From assembly GCF_009734345.1 (NCBI RefSeq), contig NZ_CP032551.1, forward strand, positions 270,001 to 302,000: a stretch of DNA of 32,000 nucleotides, in the 5' to 3' direction. Both the position numbers and the translations under genes were made by a program. The stretch comes from Pseudidiomarina andamanensis. Lineage in GTDB: Bacteria > Pseudomonadota > Gammaproteobacteria > Enterobacterales > Alteromonadaceae. Shown here in pieces: positions 27,203 to 32,000 of this stretch. Each line of letters begins with the position of its first letter. Position 1 is the stretch's first letter. The notes under the pieces were generated by a model. The model did not search any database. It worked only from the letters and a program-made list of their open reading frames with translations, and was not told where the DNA came from.

Positions 27203-27877
27203 TTATTCAGCGTCTTTATCTTCTTCTTTCGCTTCTTTAGCGGTAGGAACTTCAGCAGATACTTCTTCTTCAGTTTCTTCCACTTCTTTTTCGACACGCG
27301 GTGCAGTAATTGAAACAACTGCTTGGTCGTGGTCTTCACCTTTAGTCAATTCAACCAACTCAACACCTTTAGGCATGTTCAAGTCAGTTAAGTGCAAGGT
27401 TTCGCCCAGTTTCAAGTTCGCGATATCTACTTCAACGTACTCAGGCAGATCTTTTGGTAAGCAAGAAACTTCTAGGTCTGCAATGTGGTGAACCACAACG
27501 CCGCCTTCTTGTTTCACGCCAACTGCTGATGCTTCATTGATGAAGTGAACTGGTACGTGAGTATGAAGTTTTTGACCTTTAACAACACGTTGGAAATCCA
27601 AGTGAGTTAATTTTGGCTTGTACGGGTGACGTTGAACGTCTTTCAAGATCGCTTCGTGCTTCTTGCCGTCGATAACCAAAGTCAAAATGTGCGAGTAGAA
27701 AGCTTCGTGGTCAGCCATGTTGTTCACTTTGTTGTGATCCAACGTGATTGAAACTGCTTCTTTATCGGCACCGTACAAAATTGCAGGCACTTTTTCCGCA
27801 CGACGCAGGCGGCGGCTCGCACCTTTCCCTGTATCCGTACGGAGTTCTGCTTGAATAGTAAAATCGATTGTTGACAT
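27203..27877 (-). CDS. rplY: 50S ribosomal protein L25, long Ctc form
   Basis: 224 aa with an L25/Ctc N-domain (RRLRRAEKVPAILYG), a beta-barrel C-domain and an acidic tail. Confidence 0.9.
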   Translation of the reverse strand: MSTIDFTIQAELRTDTGKGASRRLRRAEKVPAILYGADKEAVSITLDHNKVNNMADHEAFYSHILTLVIDGKKHEAILKDVQRHPYKPKLTHLDFQRVVKGQKLHTHVPVHFINEASAVGVKQEGGVVVHHIADLEVSCLPKDLPEYVEVDIANLKLGETLHLTDLNMPKGVELVELTKGEDHDQAVVSITAPRVEKEVEETEEEVSAEVPTAKEAKEEDKDAE

Positions 27878-27960
27878 GTGGAGTGTCTCCGTTAAATAAA
27901 AATAAGCCGGATATTCGCGACCAAATACCCGACGTGTTCCTCAAAAATTTGTTTTGCTTA

Positions 27961-27997
27961 TTTGAGGGCGCGAAATATTACCACTGGCGCCCTCAAA
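27961..27997 (-). terminator. Hairpin immediately downstream of prs (possible terminator or attenuator before rplY)
   Basis: TTTGAGGGCGC (27961-27971) pairs perfectly with GCGCCCTCAAA (27987-27997) around a 15-nt loop. It starts 7 nt after the prs stop. The large loop and the lack of a clean U-run on the minus transcript lower my confidence. Confidence 0.4.
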
Positions 27998-28003
27998 TTT
28001 CAA

Positions 28004-28951
28004 TCAATACTCGAACATTGCTGAGATTGATTCTTCGTTGCTGACGCGGCGTAGCGCTTCAGACAACATTCCGCTCAAGGTTAGCTGATGCACCTTGTCT
28101 AAGGCTTTCATTTCAGCACTTAATGGAATGCTATCGGTAACAATCACGCGGTCGATATGCGAATCGCGAATATTCTCAAAAGCGTTGCCTGAGAAGACTG
28201 GGTGAGTGGCATAAGCGAATACACGACGTGCGCCGTTTTTCTTGAGCGCTTCAGCAGCTTTGCACAAAGTGCCGCCGGTATCGATCATGTCGTCAACAAT
28301 AATGCAGTCGCGGTCTTGAATGTCACCGATGATGTGCATGACCTGTGACTCGTTGGCACGTGGACGACGTTTATCGATAATAGCGAGGTCGATATCGTTA
28401 AGTAATTTTGCAATAGCGCGAGCTCGAACCACACCACCGATGTCAGGTGAAACTACAACAGGGTTGTGGAAGTCTTGTTGACGTAGGTGTTCCATCAATA
28501 CCGGGCTTCCGAACACGTTATCGACCGGCACATCGAAAAAGCCTTGAATTTGTTCAGCGTGCAAGTCAACCGTTAACACACGGTCAACCCCAACACTTGA
28601 TAAGAAGTCAGCGACAACTTTCGCGGTGATTGGTACACGAGCCGAACGCACTCGACGGTCTTGGCGTGCATAACCAAAATATGGCATGACCGCAGTAATA
28701 CGACCTGCAGAAGCACGACGCAACGCATCAACCATCACGATAAGTTCCATGAGATTGTCGTTGGTTGGTGCACACGTTGATTGGATGATGAAAACGTCAG
28801 AACCACGAACATTTTCATTGATCATGACGCTGATTTCACCGTCACTAAAACGGCCAACTTCAGCATCACCGAGTTTGATATATAAGCGGTCGGCAATTTT
28901 TTGGGCGAGTTCTGGCGTCGCATTGCCAGCAAAGAGCTTCATGTCAGGCAC
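28004..28951 (-). CDS. prs: Ribose-phosphate pyrophosphokinase
   Basis: [17 protein letters not shown] and the PRPP-binding loop [11 protein letters not shown]. 315 aa. Confidence 0.97.
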   Translation of the reverse strand: MPDMKLFAGNATPELAQKIADRLYIKLGDAEVGRFSDGEISVMINENVRGSDVFIIQSTCAPTNDNLMELIVMVDALRRASAGRITAVMPYFGYARQDRRVRSARVPITAKVVADFLSSVGVDRVLTVDLHAEQIQGFFDVPVDNVFGSPVLMEHLRQQDFHNPVVVSPDIGGVVRARAIAKLLNDIDLAIIDKRRPRANESQVMHIIGDIQDRDCIIVDDMIDTGGTLCKAAEALKKNGARRVFAYATHPVFSGNAFENIRDSHIDRVIVTDSIPLSAEMKALDKVHQLTLSGMLSEALRRVSNEESISAMFEY

Positions 28952-28952
28952 A

Positions 28953-29831
28953 CTAAACCTCAGTCTTGTTGGTTAGGTTCACAGTTGAAGCCTGCCGCAG
29001 TTGCTGGCAGACCGGGTTTTCATTGAGACCTCGCGCGACAAACCCTGTCCATTGTGCAGGCATCCTTTGCAATGCAGCACGGGCATCTGTCTCGTTATCA
29101 AATCGACCGAAGATGCATGCACCCGTGCCAGTCAATCGAGACGGCGCGTATTCTACCAACCAGTCGAGGGCCTTGGCAACTTCTGGATAGAGTCGACGGA
29201 CCAGCGCTTCGCAGTCGTTACTGGTATTTTCCCAGCTCCAATGTGGCCATTCGAGCGGTGGATGCTGACGCGGTAGGTCAGGGTGTTTGAAAATACTTGG
29301 CGTACTAATTTGTACACCAGGGTGGATAACCAAATACCAAGGGCAGGGCGGTTGTGCCGGCTGTAAATGCTCACCTACACCTTCAGCAAAGGCTGCTTGT
29401 CCATGCACAAAAACAGGCACATCAGCACCGAGCTGTAAGCCTATTGTGGCTAATTCATTATCGTTTAATGGCAACTGCCAAAGATGGCGTAGTGCGAGCA
29501 ATGTTGTTGCTGCATCAGACGAACCGCCGCCCAAGCCGCCACCAAAGGGTAAGTTCTTATGAATATGGATATGAATGCCAGGTAAACTTTGCTGAGATTG
29601 TTCGGTGAGTAGCTTCGCAGCCTTCAATACGAGGTTGTCATCGGTTTCGAGAGCTGGTTCAGTACAACTCAAGGTGATTTCCGAGTCTTTACGCAATGCG
29701 AAAGATAATTCGTCACCGAAATCAATAAATTGAAATAGCGTTTGCAAATTATGGTAACCATCGGCGCGTTGGCCGACAATATGCAAAAATAGATTTAATT
29801 TAGCGACCGCTGGTAAAGTTAAAAGCGCCAT
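28953..29831 (-). CDS. ispE: 4-diphosphocytidyl-2-C-methyl-D-erythritol kinase
   Basis: [21 protein letters not shown] and GHMP motif [15 protein letters not shown] prefer the ATG at 29831 because it has AGG 7-8 nt upstream and matches the E. coli N-terminus length. The ORF track extends to 29858, which has no SD. Confidence 0.9.
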   Translation of the reverse strand: MALLTLPAVAKLNLFLHIVGQRADGYHNLQTLFQFIDFGDELSFALRKDSEITLSCTEPALETDDNLVLKAAKLLTEQSQQSLPGIHIHIHKNLPFGGGLGGGSSDAATTLLALRHLWQLPLNDNELATIGLQLGADVPVFVHGQAAFAEGVGEHLQPAQPPCPWYLVIHPGVQISTPSIFKHPDLPRQHPPLEWPHWSWENTSNDCEALVRRLYPEVAKALDWLVEYAPSRLTGTGACIFGRFDNETDARAALQRMPAQWTGFVARGLNENPVCQQLRQASTVNLTNKTEV

Positions 29832-30451
29832 TGCGATACCTGCAGTTTTAACCGCCATGCGTCGGTCGTTAAGTTAATGCTATGAGGTAAAAAAGTGCCT
29901 TGTATGAGTTCATACTCTCCGAGTTGTGCGCGCCAAACTTGATCAGCAGCCAGCATGACAAAATTTGACAATAGCGCATAAGATTGTTGCTGGTGCTGCT
30001 GCAATTGATATTGTTTCTCGACCATACTCGGTAGTTCCTGACCGATGACAATGGCGCTAATCTGATTCATCGGTAAATCCAATCGGAAATATTGCCACAG
30101 TAATTCCTGAGCGGTTGTGGCACGATACTCCTTGCCATCTTCATCGATTAACACAGCTTGACCATTTGATTGTTCAAGCTTGGCGAGCGTGCCGCGCAAT
30201 GGGTGTGAGAAGCGCATGGTTAACTGAACAGCACTTGAGTACCAATCTACATAAAGCCCGTGGCGATCATCCGCACGTAAGTCGAATAAGGCCATTTGAC
30301 CGCGCAAGCGCCAGTTATCCAGTTGCTTAAGTTGTTGCTGCTGCGCGAGCACCGCCTCGGCATCAACATCACGCATACTTGGTGGCTCAGGAACACTGCT
30401 GCAAGCAGTCAACCAAGCACTTGTGAGTACTACTAAAAGGAGACGTTTCAT
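29819..30451 (-). CDS. lolB: Outer-membrane lipoprotein receptor LolB
   Basis: From the ATG at 30451 the protein begins MKRLLLVVLTSAWLTACSS (lipobox LTAC) and is 210 aa, against 207 for E. coli LolB. Lies in lolB-ispE-prs synteny. The ORF-track start at 30583 would overlap hemA. Confidence 0.85.
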   Translation of the reverse strand: MKRLLLVVLTSAWLTACSSVPEPPSMRDVDAEAVLAQQQQLKQLDNWRLRGQMALFDLRADDRHGLYVDWYSSAVQLTMRFSHPLRGTLAKLEQSNGQAVLIDEDGKEYRATTAQELLWQYFRLDLPMNQISAIVIGQELPSMVEKQYQLQQHQQQSYALLSNFVMLAADQVWRAQLGEYELIQGTFLPHSINLTTDAWRLKLQVSQWRF

Positions 30452-30551
30452 TGGTTTTGCTATCCCTGTTCGTGCGCTTTTCATCATGCGGGCTTTCACG
30501 TACAATTGCCAGCGTTTCGCAGTAGTTAGAGGCTCGCAATTTTTTGCTATT

Positions 30552-31802
30552 ATGACCATTTTCGCGCTAGGTGTTAACCACAAAACCGCTTCCGTGTCGT
30601 TACGGGAGCAAGTCGCCTTCTCGCCAGAGCAGCTGCATCAAGCGTTGCCAGCTTTGCGTGAACAAACTGGCGTGGCTGAAGCCGTTATCTTATCTACCTG
30701 TAACCGCACCGAGTTATATTGTCATGGTGTGGCATCCACCGATATGTTGATTGGTTGGCTTGCAGGCTATCACCGTATTCCGTTGGAACAGTTGCGCGAG
30801 CATTGTTATGCCTACGAAGATGGCGCAGCTATCGAGCACCTAATGGCTGTGGCTAGTGGCCTCGATTCTTTGGTTCTCGGTGAGCCACAAATTCTTGGAC
30901 AAGTGAAGCAAGCCTATCAATTCGCACGTAACCAAGCGAGCGTGGGAACGGTACTTGAGCGACTATTCCAGAGCACCTTTCGGGTAGCAAAAACCGTGCG
31001 CAGCGAAACCAAAGTCGGCGAAAATGCGGTATCGGTGGCGTTTGCGGCAGTCAACTTGGCGCGCCAAATCTTTGCGGAGCTGCCAGAGTCGCGGGTATTG
31101 TTGGTTGGAGCAGGCGATACAGCTGAACTCGTTGCGCAGCATCTCACTGAGCATGGTGTTAAACAATTAATGGTAGCCAATCGTACGTTGGCACGTGCGA
31201 GTGCAGTGGCTGAGCGCTTCCAAGGTCAAGCGCATACGCTGGGTGAGTTACCTGAGTTATTACCGCAAGCTGATATTGTGATTAGTTCAACGGCCAGTCC
31301 GTTACCCATTATCGGTAAGGGTTTGGTCGAGAAAGCGTTGAAGGCGCGTAAACGGCAACCAATTCTACTGATTGATTTGGCCGTGCCGCGTGATATTGAA
31401 GAACAAGTGAATGAATTAGATGATGCCTTCTTGTACACGGTTGATGACTTACAAGGCATCATTACAGAAAACCTTCGCAACCGCGAGGAAGCAGCCGCTG
31501 ATGCAAAAGTCATTATTGCTGAGCATTCCGAAGCTTTTACGGCTTGGATACGCCAGCTTGATCATGTTGACGTGATTCGTGATTTTCGCCAGCGCACTGA
31601 ACAGATGGCTGAAGAACAATTACAACGCGCTCGCAATCAGTTAGCTGCGGGCAAAAGTGCCGATGACGTGCTGGGTGAGTTCGCCCAACGTTTAACCAAA
31701 CAATTTCTCCATCAGCCGACGCGAATGATGCGTGAAGCTGGCGCCGCGGGTGATTTCGAAACCTTAGCGGTATTTCAAAAATTAATAGCAGATGACGAGT
31801 AA
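30552..31802 (+). CDS. hemA: Glutamyl-tRNA reductase
   Basis: From the ATG at 30552 the protein begins MTIFALGVNHKTASVSLREQVAF, matching E. coli [23 protein letters not shown]. Contains the active-site motif STCNRTELY. 416 aa. Confidence 0.93.
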   Translation: MTIFALGVNHKTASVSLREQVAFSPEQLHQALPALREQTGVAEAVILSTCNRTELYCHGVASTDMLIGWLAGYHRIPLEQLREHCYAYEDGAAIEHLMAVASGLDSLVLGEPQILGQVKQAYQFARNQASVGTVLERLFQSTFRVAKTVRSETKVGENAVSVAFAAVNLARQIFAELPESRVLLVGAGDTAELVAQHLTEHGVKQLMVANRTLARASAVAERFQGQAHTLGELPELLPQADIVISSTASPLPIIGKGLVEKALKARKRQPILLIDLAVPRDIEEQVNELDDAFLYTVDDLQGIITENLRNREEAAADAKVIIAEHSEAFTAWIRQLDHVDVIRDFRQRTEQMAEEQLQRARNQLAAGKSADDVLGEFAQRLTKQFLHQPTRMMREAGAAGDFETLAVFQKLIADDE

Positions 31803-31814
31803 GGTCCTCACCGC

Positions 31815-32000
31815 ATGATGAATCCTTCGATTATTCGAAAATTAGAAGCGCTACTTGAGCGTTATGAAGAAGTACAACACTTGTTAAGTGACCCAGGCAT
31901 TATTGCGGACCAAGATAAGTTTCGGGGCTTGTCGCGTGAGTATTCTCAGCTGGAAGAGTTGGTGAAATGTTTTACCAGTTACCAGCAAGCGCAAGCTGAT
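31815..32000 (+). CDS. prfA: Peptide chain release factor 1 (N-terminal part; continues past the right edge)
   Basis: My translation gives [50 protein letters not shown]. This closely parallels E. coli RF1, [25 protein letters not shown]...RFRALSREYAQL. Lies in hemA-prfA synteny. Confidence 0.93.
   Translation, partial: MMNPSIIRKLEALLERYEEVQHLLSDPGIIADQDKFRGLSREYSQLEELVKCFTSYQQAQAD

Noticed and set aside
30423-30583. Mutually overlapping N-terminal extensions of hemA (from 30423) and lolB (from 30583)
   Set aside because: Homology to the E. coli N-termini ([13 protein letters not shown] for HemA, the lipobox signal peptide for LolB) places the real starts at 30552 and 30451. That leaves a normal 100-bp divergent promoter region.

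Overview
Chromosomal segment of a gammaproteobacterium; gene content and order look Alteromonadales-like or Vibrionales-like, and no taxon can be proven from the sequence alone. About 70% of the window is housekeeping genes in two blocks that keep E. coli-like order. Block 1 (1-16.6 kb) runs rodA-mrdA-rlmH-rsfS-nadD-holA-lptE-leuS, then lnt-corC-ybeY-phoH-miaB, then ubiF-like and a five-gene tRNA operon (Met-Leu-Gln-Gln-Leu) with a stringent-type promoter. Block 2 (25.5-32 kb) runs ychF-pth-rplY-prs-ispE-lolB, divergent from hemA-prfA. The two blocks are joined by about 9 kb of lineage-specific genes (16.7-25.5 kb). The most interesting part is a tightly coupled four-gene operon at 18898-23151. 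It encodes a secreted cupredoxin-like protein with an amicyanin-type C-x2-H-x2-M ligand set, an inner-membrane periplasmic-sensor HAMP-GGDEF-EAL protein, a secreted beta-barrel-like protein that I think is DUF3034-like, and a signal-peptide-bearing group-1 truncated hemoglobin with an apolar distal pocket. A YfcC-family transporter and a two-domain rhodanese follow closely and may be co-transcribed. I read this as an uncharacterised envelope-spanning metal/heme-linked c-di-GMP signalling module. I also see a previously unnoticed intergenic element built from four tandem heptads (consensus SANTAAC). One copy is a 126-bp MITE-like inverted pair after the ubiF-like gene, and one is a solo copy squeezed between the convergent sseA-like and ychF genes. 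I found no CRISPR array, integrase, transposase, prophage or rRNA.
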